Virus record (IMG/VR): IMGVR_UViG_2716884766_000001
Location: 1 to 64,000 of that record
Length of the DNA stretch: 64,000 nt
DNA from: a virus
Direction: 5' to 3' (one strand)
How positions within the stretch are numbered: the first letter of the stretch is position 1; every line of letters starts with the position of its first letter. The notes beneath the pieces were generated by a model, which made no database searches, had not been told where the DNA came from, and saw only the letters and a program-made list of their open reading frames with translations. Both the position numbers and the translations under genes were made by a program. Shown piece by piece: positions 41,401 to 50,277 of this stretch.

Positions 41401-44400
41401 TAACTGATGAGTTCCTCATTGGAGGTTCTAAGAATGTTATCGTACTGCCTGAAAGAGTGTATGATGTAGGGTTCTGTACAATACCGTTGATAGTAACCAT
41501 CAACTGATTCTTATTTGTAGGTACAGTTGCTGTACCTCTAGTTCTTAACTGGAAGTTTCTATTAACATCATCAAATTCTACAGTTAGTTGATGCTGTGAG
41601 TCTGTTGATAGTGCTGTAATGTCTACAGTAGTATCAGCAACACCAACATTGATTGTTACATCATTACCAACTACATTAGTGATTGCTAGTGGTGTGTTGT
41701 AGGCAGGGTCTGTTGAACGTGGATAAGCATGAGTAGTAGCATGGTTATCTCCCGCACAAGTAAAGGTAAAGGCACCTAATCCTAATGTAATTGTATGACT
41801 GGTAGTCATTGTATTACTAGAAACTGTAAATGTTAGGTCACCTGTTACGGGGTTGTATGTCGCAGCAGAAGGTGTGCCAGTAAATCCATTACTACCTGTG
41901 ATTGGTAAGGCACTTACAAATGTATGAACAGATCCACCTGTTGTGGTAGATAGTTTAAAGTTATCATCATCTACACGAGTGACATAGTACGTACCTACTG
42001 GTAAACCACCTAGAGTTATACCTTCTCTAACATAAGGATAGTTACCTACATTCTGAGTTGGAATGTTGCCTGGATTGTCAATCGCATCCCAAACAATTTG
42101 AGCTAACACAGTTATAGCAGATTGTACATCAGCACATCCACCAGGATCTTGTGTGATTGTGACATCAGTGAATGGTAATAGGTTTTGAATTGCTTGTATG
42201 GCTAAGTCTCTAGCATACTGTATAGCAGCTATAGTCTCAACTGTCTCACCAACGATATAGTCTATAGCACCACCAACAACATAAGACTCAGCAGCATCTA
42301 CAGAGAATTTGTTACCACCATAGCGTAAATCATTACACCATGCGATAACTATAAGTCTTAGGTCTCTAGCACATGTGTCTGCGTTGTAATCTGGTTTAGT
42401 ACCATCAGTTAAGTTAGGATAACTCTGCTCTAACCATGTAATAGTAGTAGCAATGATATAATCTAAGTTGCCTAGTATTAAATTACGGGCATCTTGGAAT
42501 CTATCACCTTGTACAAGGTAAGATACTCTCTGATTTGATATTAGTCCGTGGTTGGCAAATGTAATCTGCTCATTTGATATATCTACGACATTACTATCTG
42601 TACCATTGAAGGTAATAGTCCTCTCATTGATAGGATCCATCTTATCAACAACAGCAGATAATATCTTTCTAACGTCAAGTAACTGTTTACCAACAACCTG
42701 AATGTTAGTTGGAACTGTTGCTGTGTAATCTGGTTTACCAAGTACAAAGTTCTCGATACGAGCTAACTTACCTGTGTTAGACGCGGATGGTTTAGGTACA
42801 AAGAAGGTTGTGCCATTAAATGACTTATTCTCATCACCAAATCTTTGTTCCCACCAGTCATTAGGATCTGGATTAGCACCATTGTAATATGATCTACGTT
42901 GATATCTCTTAAAGGCTGATTGTGATACGACCTGTGTACCTAATACCCTGAAACCAGCTGGGTGAGCAGAATTCTTAAATTGGTTCTTCCAGTCCCGTAC
43001 GTTGATTGGCGAGTTGACCACGTATGAGAACTCTTGGTATCTGTCACTATCGTATAGACGCTGATCGTTAAGATCAAGTATACCAGTAGTACGCTTAAAC
43101 TCAGCAGTAGCAGTGGCAATAGGTGATACAGTAAAGTTAGCGACTGATCTGTCAAAGTCATGTATTTCTCCAAAGGCATTAGACTGTAAACCGAAGACTG
43201 GTTGGTTAAGAGCAAACTCTCCTACCTCTACTTCAACAGATAGGACTCTACCTTTAGAATCCCATGCTTTTACTATACCCTGAGCAGAGAATGAAGCTAC
43301 AGATGAACCTTGATATACTTTCTCACCGATAGCAAATGACGCAGGAGTCATTGATACAGTAATCTGATCTCCTAAGTCTGTGGTTGTTAGGTTAAAGGTT
43401 GCTGTTCCTCCACTACCAATAGAAGGTTGACCTGTTATTGTTATTGATGATCCTGCCAAAGCATTTGCTAGTGTTGTTGCCATCTTGAGCTGGTTACTAG
43501 CAAGACCATTAGCAAGTGAAGGTGCTATAGCATAATATGTGACATTTGCTTGAAGAGGAGCTGGTAATGTACCATCTATCTCTAATAATTGTACTTTTGT
43601 ACCTAAAGGTATCTTAGTATCGTATGGGAAGTTAAGTGTACTGTTAGATTGTAGAGGAACGAATGAGTGAGTAATTCTTGCTTGTACAGCAGGAGTAGAT
43701 GAGTAACCTCTACCTGCATTTGCTATTGTAATTGCCTGAATAACTTCGTTGTCAATAATAGCATCCATAACGGCACCGCTTCCACCTCCACCAATGAGTT
43801 CGATGGTTGGTTTGGTAACGAAGGATCCACCACCGTTTGTAACAGTGAAGAAGTCAACGATTTGAGTTCGTGTGAGCTGTAAATTATAGTTTGTATTAAC
43901 GCTTGGTTTGAGGGTTCTATCATGACTGTAATTGTACGTGATATTGTCTCCACCAAGACTGATGATCTTACCTAGATCACTAGACTTGAGTAGTATGGAA
44001 GCACCATTTCCTGTACCCTGCTTAACTGTAATAATAGGAGGATTTTGGAATCTAGTTCCTGCGTTTTCAATAACAATAGAACTTACAGTCTCATCTATGA
44101 TCTCAGCACGTAGTACAGCATCTATACCTGTACCACCAGAGATCTGAACTTCAGGAGCAGATAAGAAACCTGATCCAGAGTTAGATACAATAACCTGATC
44201 AATAGAAGCATCTATAGTTGTACCTGTGACTGCCTTACGAACAAAGTCAAGTGAGTCAACTCTAAGAACAAAGTCATCTGCTGAACTACCACCTGTAATA
44301 TCCTCACCACGAATAGTAATAAGGTCACCTAGTGAATAGTTTGCTCCACCCGCTAATACATTAGCAGTTGTTACGTCTTGATTGGACGCAGAAATGATAA

Positions 44401-47400
44401 CTTGAATTGATACCCCACTACCACCTGTAGGAGCTACAGATTCCTGTGATACGGTATATGTACCTGGCGTAAAGTTAGCAGAACTATTCTGACTATTGAC
44501 GCTAAGAGTAGCTACACCACCGTAGTATGGGTCATCAATAAAGATTTCAGGGGCAGTACGGTAATTACTACCTCCATCACCATTTATAGCTATATTACTT
44601 ATAGTTCCTATCTCAGGACCTGATGAAGGAACGATAGCAGCAACGTTTGCTTGCTCACCACCAACTGCTGTTATTTTTGCTTGGTTTGATCCTGCGTATA
44701 TCTTATTAGTAGCAGCAATAGCAGTGGTAAACATGATGAAACCACGAGTAGCAGCACCTGGTAGATTATTACGTAATGGTTGTACTCTAAGTGTAGATGT
44801 ATTTGGATCCCAACTGATTACCTTACCTCTAGCAGTATCACCGTCAAGAACTAACTTAGATGCTATAACGTCACCTGGATTAAAGTCACCAAAGATCTCA
44901 TCTAGTGTCAAATCTACAAAGTCTGGCATAGAGCAGACAACAGCAGGAGGATTAGCACCATCATATCCAATACCCGCTTCTAATACTGATACGTCTTCTA
45001 GTTTACCTGAGATAGTAGCAAATGCTTGAGCACCACCACCTGACCTTTCTACACCTGTAAATTTAGGGAATGTAGAATAGTTTCTGCCTGGATCACCTAT
45101 GTTGATACTAGCAATACCACCTGAAGGGAATATAGAGTTAGTAGAGTATGAAATCAGATTAGCAGCTGTATAGTTATTCTCTGGTTCTCTTGCTAATATA
45201 AAGTTAATTGTAGTTGTAGTAGGAATTGCTGTGACTGTGTTCGCTCCTAGGAATGGATCGTTAACTACGCTCAGGTAGCTACCAGATACACCACCATTGA
45301 TATCAAAGTAGAATAATGTGCCAGGTACATCATCTAGTGATATAGTAATTGATATTTGTTCTCCTGTAACTGGATCATTCTCTGATCCAACAATATTTTT
45401 ATATGTGAATACATTAGTATTCTCTTTATCAAAGGTAAACTCTAGTCTCTTACCAGTATTAGATGAGTCAGTGGTGTTAAACTTATAAAGGTGACCGTTG
45501 ATAAGATCTAACTTAGGTTCTTTGACATACACTACACATGCTGTAGTAATAGCAGTATCAGTTATAATACCAACTGCTTTCTTGAACTGGAATCTTCTTC
45601 CTGTGCTTATACCTGTAACTGTGAACGTACCATCATAGTCAACTGGGTTAGTTCCTGTAATAATAACCTCATCACCTATCTTCACTTGATGGGCAGCTGT
45701 ACCTCTAGCAGTAAACTCTTGATTTATCTTACTAGGAGTGATGTAGAATCCATTAACACCACCAATATCGCTAGTAACAATAGGATCTAACTGCTCATTG
45801 TTGTAGTAACCACTACCTTCCTTTGTTAGAGTGACAGATGTTACCTCACCACTATTACCAACGACAATAGTAAACTCAGCACCTTCACCTGAAGAGGCAG
45901 AACTATTAGCAAGAGGAACGTTAGTATATGTGCCAGGTGTACCACCACTACCAGCTAACATTGTCCATTCATCTTGTACTATACCACCAGTCTTTTTGAC
46001 ATTACCAATATCTACAGAGAAGTTTTGACCTGTATTACCAATATTAGAGATATTGGCAGTTAGTACATCTCCATTGCTGTAATTCTTACCTGTATTCTGT
46101 ATAGAGACAGATGTGACCGTATTTCCACTTACGATGATATCAGCAGAAGCATTTTGCCCTGTACCGCCAATTAGAGGTACATTCGAGTAATTACCATCTG
46201 TGAGTCCTGTACCGCCAGTAATCGAGATATTAGCTTGTAATATCCTACCCTTTGAACTAATGATGAAATTAGTCAAATCAAAGTATTTAAAGTGATATTT
46301 GTCGTTTACAACCTTTACATCAATCTCACGGGTGTATTGGTTGTCTCCAATCGCAATATCAACACTATCGCCAATTTTTAAGAAATGATCAGTCGCTGTA
46401 GTGATAGTTCCAGTAATTACGTCTGTAGTCGAGTTTACAGAAGAAACAATCGCAGATGTGCCAGATCCAGAGATTTTAGACACTCTAGCGGAAACACCAC
46501 TTCCTCCAGTGCCTGTTTCGTCAAATATGAGTCTATCGTTAACTTTATAGTTGAAACCTGGACCTTCGATCAGATATTGGTCTAATCCACTTGAGAAGTA
46601 CCTATTTGTCGCAGATACGAATAATGAGTCAACAGAACCACCCTGAATGCTTGGGAAGAAGTCAAAGTACCCAATACCGACAGTTACGAAGCCAATGAAG
46701 GATTCATCGTTTTCTAAGACAATAGGAGTCGTAGAATCTTCCATAGCGAGTATATACTCGACTGGGTTGCCTTTATTCTTTCTTCTTACTAATGCTGTGT
46801 CTGTAGCAACATATGGACGTTTATAGCGAACTGCGTCTTCTGTAAAGTTTCTTTGGAGTCCATTTCCCTTCCAGTTGACATCTTCTGCCTGAGAGTAGTA
46901 ATTAGGTCCTACAAAGTAAGGAAACTTCGGATTTCCAGTTGTTCCGTCTAATGCTGTGAAATATGCGTATATACCAGCTGGATATTCGGGAGTTACGCAG
47001 AATCGACCATTATACTGATCTAAGTCGCCTAATCCTTCAACATATTCGTAATCTTCGATATATGTCCCCATCTTGTCGATTTGTGCCAAATCATTACCAA
47101 CTAACGCATCTCTTTCCGTTCTGATGCGATATGAGCTGATCATTTGCTTGATCTGGTTATATGGGTTCTTATTCTCTCTATCTGCGTATCCGTAAGGTCC
47201 GTAAATGGGATGTCCGTCAAATGACCATCCTAAGATCGGTGAATGCCTTGTTGGGTTTAATTCTGCGTATGTTGTGTCACTTACGTTATCTCCAAGTAAG
47301 AAACGCAACTTTTTGGGATTATATAAGTATCCGTACTCTCCACCATAGATTCCGAAGTTAGCACCTTTGATTGATACACCATTATTACTATCTGCTATTT

Positions 47401-50275
47401 TAGGTGATACAAACAGTGGATCTCCGACTTCATCCGCACTAGCAGCTAAGTTCTGCGTCAATATAGGTAATTCGACTTGGAAGGTAGCTCCAGAACCAGG
47501 ATACACGATATCAACAGTTGTTATACCAGAAGTGTAACCTACACCTCCATTAGTGACTGTAATACCCGTAACTTGCTGTGTACCAGAATCTATACTCGCA
47601 AAAGCAACCGCACCGACTCCATCACCACTAATAACAACGTCAGGAGCACCATAGTAGTTACTACCACCAAATGTCAAGATAATAGATACAATCTTACCAT
47701 TTACGATAGATGGGTAAGCAACAGCACCAGATCCAGATACTAGAGTGATATTTGGTCTTTGATTGTAGTTTGTACCATTGTTTGTGATTGTTATGCCTTC
47801 AGCTTCTAATCCACCACGAACAACCGCTGTACCAGTCGCACCTTGTCCACCACCACCAGATATTACCACTGTAGGTATAGATTGGTATCCTGAGCCAGGT
47901 GCGGACACGGATATAGCAGTTACGACTCCTGCGGTGATTGTAGCAGTCGCAGATGCTTCAACTGTAGGACTTCCACCCACAATACCAACTGTAGGAGCTT
48001 CCGTATAACCAGATCCTCCGTTTTCTACGTTTACCGCAAATAATGAACCAGATACGCTTACAGTAGCTTCAGCAGACAATCCTTCGTATTCCCAGAGGCA
48101 ACCACCGTCTTGTACTGGATCTGGAGTTGTATGTGTAGGTTCTTGTCCTAATTCTGCGGTTTTACCGCTTCCTAAGTTCTTATATCTGTATCCTAGACTA
48201 TTTCTGATTCTTTGGTTAAGAAAGAAGGATGTACCCTTTCTATGGATTGGTTCAAACTCTACAATCGGTGGATTAGTGATATCATACCCAGATCCCGCAT
48301 TTAGAACCGTAATTGACTTTACACCACCAAATAGTTTCGTTTCTACTGATTTATAGGAGAACATTGGTACTCCATTCACAGCAAACCCAACTTGACCCAC
48401 AGGAGTCGGAGTTTTGATAGATTTAGTAGTTGTTTCGAGAGGAATGCGTTTTAGATATCTCTGGTTGCCAGGATCTAGGTCTCCGCTGCCAAAAGGTCCT
48501 ATTTCATGACCAGGTACACCTGGTGACGCAATTATCGCATATTCTGAAGATCTGTAGACATTCTGTACATCAGATGGTGTATCCTCTAATCCTAAACGTA
48601 TAGATGTGTCAACTGACGTAGTTTTCGCAAATTCACGTGTAACTAGGAATGGTACGTCCACACCACGGATAGGAGTGCTAGGAATTAAGATACTAAACTC
48701 AAAATTGTTACTTACACCAAGTACAGTGAATGATGAGTTATATACGTCCTCTGGAGCGTTCAAAATGACAACTCTGTCTTCTCTTCTTAATCCGTGCTCT
48801 TGTTCAGTCGTAATATTCGCTACAACACTACCATCTGCCTTCGGAACGTCTAAAACTAGCAATGTTCCGTTTAGGAGCTTCTTAACGTTGTATACGAAGC
48901 TTTCCCAGATAGGATCTAACGCATCAAAGCCTGGTTCTGATGGTGTGGTGACTTTTGAGTCTTGTAAGTAATATTTACCGCCACTTACGATGTCTATTCC
49001 TCTTGTACCGCCAAATACCTTTAAACTGATCTTAGATTCGTCTCTATTGCTGTATCCAAAGATTTCATAGGAAGAAGTTACCTCAGATCCTGCAATATGG
49101 GGTGCATTGACTGTATCTTGTCTCGCACGGGTACATCCTAGGAACTGGGTGACTGTTTTGTCTGTATAGTTGATAATCTCGTCATCTATACGAATAGAGC
49201 CGTTCTGTTCTGGCCATCCAATAGTAGAGTCGACTGTTACGACGTTTTCCGTAAGGTTAGAACTTAGATCTTCAGAAAGGAGCGTTTTATACGGAGTTGT
49301 GAAACTTCCATCGCCATTTTCCGTATCTACATCTAATTCATAGATCTTTCCGTCTTCGGTAAACACCTCAACTACGGATTTTACGTATATACGTGCGGAA
49401 TTGACAAGAGGGTCGTTTGGATCGTTCTCTTGGAATAATACTTCACCTGTAAGTTCCACAGGGTTTCCGCTTATCGCTGTAGCACGAATAATCTCCCTTA
49501 CAGTGTAAAATGCGTCACTAGGTTTGAATATTCTTTCTTTAGGGTACTCAATAACTGCTTCTACACCAAAGAGCACTCTCATCAAGTACTTAAATGACCT
49601 TGATGTACCTTTAGCAGCGTAAAAGTCCTTAAGACGCTTAGTAACTGTTGATTGTTGGATTTGGGGGTCAAACTTAGAAGGGAATGACTCAGCAAACTGA
49701 TCTCTGAACCTCTGTAGTAAGAATAGAGGTAAAAGGTTGTTTAGGTTGACTACTGTAGCACCAAAAGCATGTGTAGCTGCTACAGATGTTGAAAATGTGT
49801 ACTCTGATAGTAAACCTATCTTGGTAGTGGCATGAAATCCTCTAACACACTCTTGAAACTGTGTTTGGGACTTACTCTTGTAGTATATGATCTCTTCGTC
49901 TATCATTAAGAGACCTTCCTTTGGAAAATCTCTAGTATTTCCTACGTCAATGACTGTTGAGTCTAAAGTCACCCCAGAGGACGCTGTAGTCGACTCTACG
50001 AGGTCATTTAGCTTGTCTATGTTATAATATTCATCTATGTTCTGTATTATGTCAACAGGGTTACCCTTTAGTTCAAGTGATTTAAAGTAATACTTGACAA
50101 ATTGTATAAAGTCAGGATAATCCTCTTGGATAAACTGAGGCATTTGCTCCTCAAGTCTATCCGAGACTTTAGATTTAGATTCTGGCGAAACCGAAGCGTC
50201 AATCGGGTCAACTGTGACCTCAGTTTGAGGTGTGACCCACGACGCAACTCTCCACGACGACTGCTCAGCTGGCAT
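35453..50275 (-). CDS. gp7: Baseplate wedge initiator gp7, greatly expanded (4940 aa)
   Basis: Lies between gp6 and gp8; QMPQFIQEDYPDFIQFVKYYF, KDFYAAKGTSRSFKYLMRVLFG and DSDRYQEFSYVV...HPAGF core motifs; also a split YHYH-like domain and nested repeats. Confidence 0.88.
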   Translation of the reverse strand: MPAEQSSWRVASWVTPQTEVTVDPIDASVSPESKSKVSDRLEEQMPQFIQEDYPDFIQFVKYYFKSLELKGNPVDIIQNIDEYYNIDKLNDLVESTTASSGVTLDSTVIDVGNTRDFPKEGLLMIDEEIIYYKSKSQTQFQECVRGFHATTKIGLLSEYTFSTSVAATHAFGATVVNLNNLLPLFLLQRFRDQFAESFPSKFDPQIQQSTVTKRLKDFYAAKGTSRSFKYLMRVLFGVEAVIEYPKERIFKPSDAFYTVREIIRATAISGNPVELTGEVLFQENDPNDPLVNSARIYVKSVVEVFTEDGKIYELDVDTENGDGSFTTPYKTLLSEDLSSNLTENVVTVDSTIGWPEQNGSIRIDDEIINYTDKTVTQFLGCTRARQDTVNAPHIAGSEVTSSYEIFGYSNRDESKISLKVFGGTRGIDIVSGGKYYLQDSKVTTPSEPGFDALDPIWESFVYNVKKLLNGTLLVLDVPKADGSVVANITTEQEHGLRREDRVVILNAPEDVYNSSFTVLGVSNNFEFSILIPSTPIRGVDVPFLVTREFAKTTSVDTSIRLGLEDTPSDVQNVYRSSEYAIIASPGVPGHEIGPFGSGDLDPGNQRYLKRIPLETTTKSIKTPTPVGQVGFAVNGVPMFSYKSVETKLFGGVKSITVLNAGSGYDITNPPIVEFEPIHRKGTSFFLNQRIRNSLGYRYKNLGSGKTAELGQEPTHTTPDPVQDGGCLWEYEGLSAEATVSVSGSLFAVNVENGGSGYTEAPTVGIVGGSPTVEASATATITAGVVTAISVSAPGSGYQSIPTVVISGGGGQGATGTAVVRGGLEAEGITITNNGTNYNQRPNITLVSGSGAVAYPSIVNGKIVSIILTFGGSNYYGAPDVVISGDGVGAVAFASIDSGTQQVTGITVTNGGVGYTSGITTVDIVYPGSGATFQVELPILTQNLAASADEVGDPLFVSPKIADSNNGVSIKGANFGIYGGEYGYLYNPKKLRFLLGDNVSDTTYAELNPTRHSPILGWSFDGHPIYGPYGYADRENKNPYNQIKQMISSYRIRTERDALVGNDLAQIDKMGTYIEDYEYVEGLGDLDQYNGRFCVTPEYPAGIYAYFTALDGTTGNPKFPYFVGPNYYSQAEDVNWKGNGLQRNFTEDAVRYKRPYVATDTALVRRKNKGNPVEYILAMEDSTTPIVLENDESFIGFVTVGIGYFDFFPSIQGGSVDSLFVSATNRYFSSGLDQYLIEGPGFNYKVNDRLIFDETGTGGSGVSARVSKISGSGTSAIVSSVNSTTDVITGTITTATDHFLKIGDSVDIAIGDNQYTREIDVKVVNDKYHFKYFDLTNFIISSKGRILQANISITGGTGLTDGNYSNVPLIGGTGQNASADIIVSGNTVTSVSIQNTGKNYSNGDVLTANISNIGNTGQNFSVDIGNVKKTGGIVQDEWTMLAGSGGTPGTYTNVPLANSSASSGEGAEFTIVVGNSGEVTSVTLTKEGSGYYNNEQLDPIVTSDIGGVNGFYITPSKINQEFTARGTAAHQVKIGDEVIITGTNPVDYDGTFTVTGISTGRRFQFKKAVGIITDTAITTACVVYVKEPKLDLINGHLYKFNTTDSSNTGKRLEFTFDKENTNVFTYKNIVGSENDPVTGEQISITISLDDVPGTLFYFDINGGVSGSYLSVVNDPFLGANTVTAIPTTTTINFILAREPENNYTAANLISYSTNSIFPSGGIASINIGDPGRNYSTFPKFTGVERSGGGAQAFATISGKLEDVSVLEAGIGYDGANPPAVVCSMPDFVDLTLDEIFGDFNPGDVIASKLVLDGDTARGKVISWDPNTSTLRVQPLRNNLPGAATRGFIMFTTAIAATNKIYAGSNQAKITAVGGEQANVAAIVPSSGPEIGTISNIAINGDGGSNYRTAPEIFIDDPYYGGVATLSVNSQNSSANFTPGTYTVSQESVAPTGGSGVSIQVIISASNQDVTTANVLAGGANYSLGDLITIRGEDITGGSSADDFVLRVDSLDFVRKAVTGTTIDASIDQVIVSNSGSGFLSAPEVQISGGTGIDAVLRAEIIDETVSSIVIENAGTRFQNPPIITVKQGTGNGASILLKSSDLGKIISLGGDNITYNYSHDRTLKPSVNTNYNLQLTRTQIVDFFTVTNGGGSFVTKPTIELIGGGGSGAVMDAIIDNEVIQAITIANAGRGYSSTPAVQARITHSFVPLQSNSTLNFPYDTKIPLGTKVQLLEIDGTLPAPLQANVTYYAIAPSLANGLASNQLKMATTLANALAGSSITITGQPSIGSGGTATFNLTTTDLGDQITVSMTPASFAIGEKVYQGSSVASFSAQGIVKAWDSKGRVLSVEVEVGEFALNQPVFGLQSNAFGEIHDFDRSVANFTVSPIATATAEFKRTTGILDLNDQRLYDSDRYQEFSYVVNSPINVRDWKNQFKNSAHPAGFRVLGTQVVSQSAFKRYQRRSYYNGANPDPNDWWEQRFGDENKSFNGTTFFVPKPSASNTGKLARIENFVLGKPDYTATVPTNIQVVGKQLLDVRKILSAVVDKMDPINERTITFNGTDSNVVDISNEQITFANHGLISNQRVSYLVQGDRFQDARNLILGNLDYIIATTITWLEQSYPNLTDGTKPDYNADTCARDLRLIVIAWCNDLRYGGNKFSVDAAESYVVGGAIDYIVGETVETIAAIQYARDLAIQAIQNLLPFTDVTITQDPGGCADVQSAITVLAQIVWDAIDNPGNIPTQNVGNYPYVREGITLGGLPVGTYYVTRVDDDNFKLSTTTGGSVHTFVSALPITGSNGFTGTPSAATYNPVTGDLTFTVSSNTMTTSHTITLGLGAFTFTCAGDNHATTHAYPRSTDPAYNTPLAITNVVGNDVTINVGVADTTVDITALSTDSQHQLTVEFDDVNRNFQLRTRGTATVPTNKNQLMVTINGIVQNPTSYTLSGSTITFLEPPMRNSSVIIMYFKRSDISGNFQLDQFGDVITALNTTDGVYQGTGYTAGTYNNVPFTNKLSDGSGATGNIVVTNVLDSATFVTDNKYADARTLIDNNAGVIADIAVGLMNKYGTPVDNKVADAANLILMNKDFIAREAVDRMHADIPYTIANKRHFDAYNLIMANKDFIVWEAYYLFKTIDYPGYTHAQGYTEQDCRDDLMDILEAIAFNLLFGANNKVYDASFYYTSAYSSGSVIQGEEQQTIAAVNQMKGLMDKVILNETVSIAGDHGYEQYFEDVTYIYDGCASAKSAISTFVDIVVTAINTDLMIHVNKTEPTLFVEPTGNDEDCVDDVRDVLEAVAINAKFGGNSEVYDAAKYYVDGAHVAGEEIHTIYAFREADKIARQVIANEAVTVVGDHGEIQKYDGGITRSDNQCASARATIHTLMNIVEVAVDTNTMSAFTRTAPTGFNAPGLGDGQCKSDTRDVLNAVATNVAYGGNHTLYDTLNMYFVGSHVAGEEAETLYVFEEARQMVLKAIQQESFETYSHLNLTDKSQYKDPTITAYQSTDATQYNVTNAVYTATSGQVEITIGSHSLEVGTRVKLDDMSLTFKCAQDGSVTHHKYPRSTDWAYRKSLPILSKTGTTITLYVGESPTVNYQITDATYDPATGDMDMEVYNTQFNVSAATYNANTGSMTVNIGSHSMEIGEEIMFRPESLGFKCSMDGNNATKMYPRFGKDPFYDKALKIIAKTNNTITVNVGPSPLVNHTVTGSNYDPVTGLVELTIGNHILKVGDAITITDNSLVYQCLMDFYQTDHSYPRPSDPASGAALTITAVTDTSITIQSLSSTPSTNTSTHRWKPGYVANDAVQSGGGHTHTFQTAVTGAVVIPHGLRSERTLSIDSADYNPTTGIMTVTCENHGLTPTDEIIIDDNSLIFTCQEDSHASDHAYPRGSDPISELWQPITDVTRNTFKVQVLNTAPSTNTTDHIFKAAVAYNLHVRGTTLKISDGGITFTCDAAVGTHTFVSGTTNGITAGNGASGTFTAATGTTYDPLTGLMEVEIGTHSLTTSNTVTFADNSVTFTCAADNHATNHAYPRASDPSSGVAEAITAVSATTITVDVGIAGSSSSTHSYPRTDIVNHTVTNAVYTPADGDMVVTVVGHSMRKGDYVKFDDDSLTFTCAEDGNGSNHTYPRSTDPVSGKWLRIRNVTTDTFKVRVLDFIPSTNTTTHAFVSATSNGLKQKKDQAYDQPLSIVRSSIDRITVNVGIAATNASTHVYSSSLTNALTIGGNYTHTFLSATPNAVKQGYGVREACTAVQATVDTLMDLAYTALNQGNFSGITRTVGNHGDGYETAPTVQISGGSPTTAGSYVPVLAERGYVKSIGIIVGGVGYTNVPTVKITSKTGFNAAATATVSGGALTGITVDEGGFGYNDVTIEIIANPADTITTTATAAAIVGRHLERIVVQETGVGYASTPTLSLTGGSASTAAGTLSAPIARTTGAVTGVSLVSGGDGYKNTDVLGVDAADVGGTVGNSFQVEVETVTFNGTTTGFAATVGGSGYTLPANDRFLLFLNSHIQELGTAYSYSGTPSTINFTEAPKGNMDFYCFYVGQLQDMDSIAPFMNGTKKTFILKKNDQPFSLESDSTQVIPANNLIMFLNGVYQEPEVSYTLDGSILEFSEAPRAGSEVLIYIYTGSDLDIVIEDTYSALDPGDLLQVQSEGDIRRLATIASSSSLDTYEYTGLKPNVAIFQSVVVNGVVVQVNIIDSGSNYEVAPFLIFSGGGGSGAFAETIIEQGSGRVIGIKNLKGGSNYNTPPSVTPYHPIALERTQRDRAVSNGTFLYTTQLTGAIGQQTATIPVLDAYYNNGVGFPTNGELLIPFWNASTSTWGCERILYGSVDYAAETFTVTTNGRGFKNTGTALGFGYANGPESGNFNSSGTNCVITMGSNHNLQTGMERFIRFTSAIGNWPTGSLNGTYKITRASDTAFSISLPVSLTATGTMEILPTIRVYTV
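37481..41173 (-). repeat. Three nested helical repeats enclosing a seven-copy beta-repeat tree in gp7
   Basis: Three consecutive N-halves (YADARTLI, VADAANLI, HFDAYNLI) then three cores (CRDD, CVDD, CKSD); seven F/Y-x-C...YPR beta units at about 37574-39787. Confidence 0.8.
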
Positions 50276-50277
50276 TA

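Noticed and set aside
1826-43956. Short alternative-frame minus-strand ORFs inside large genes (for example 2659-3027, 31722-32090)
   Set aside because: Leu/Val/Gln-rich out-of-frame translations typical of frame-shifted biased codons; no independent support.
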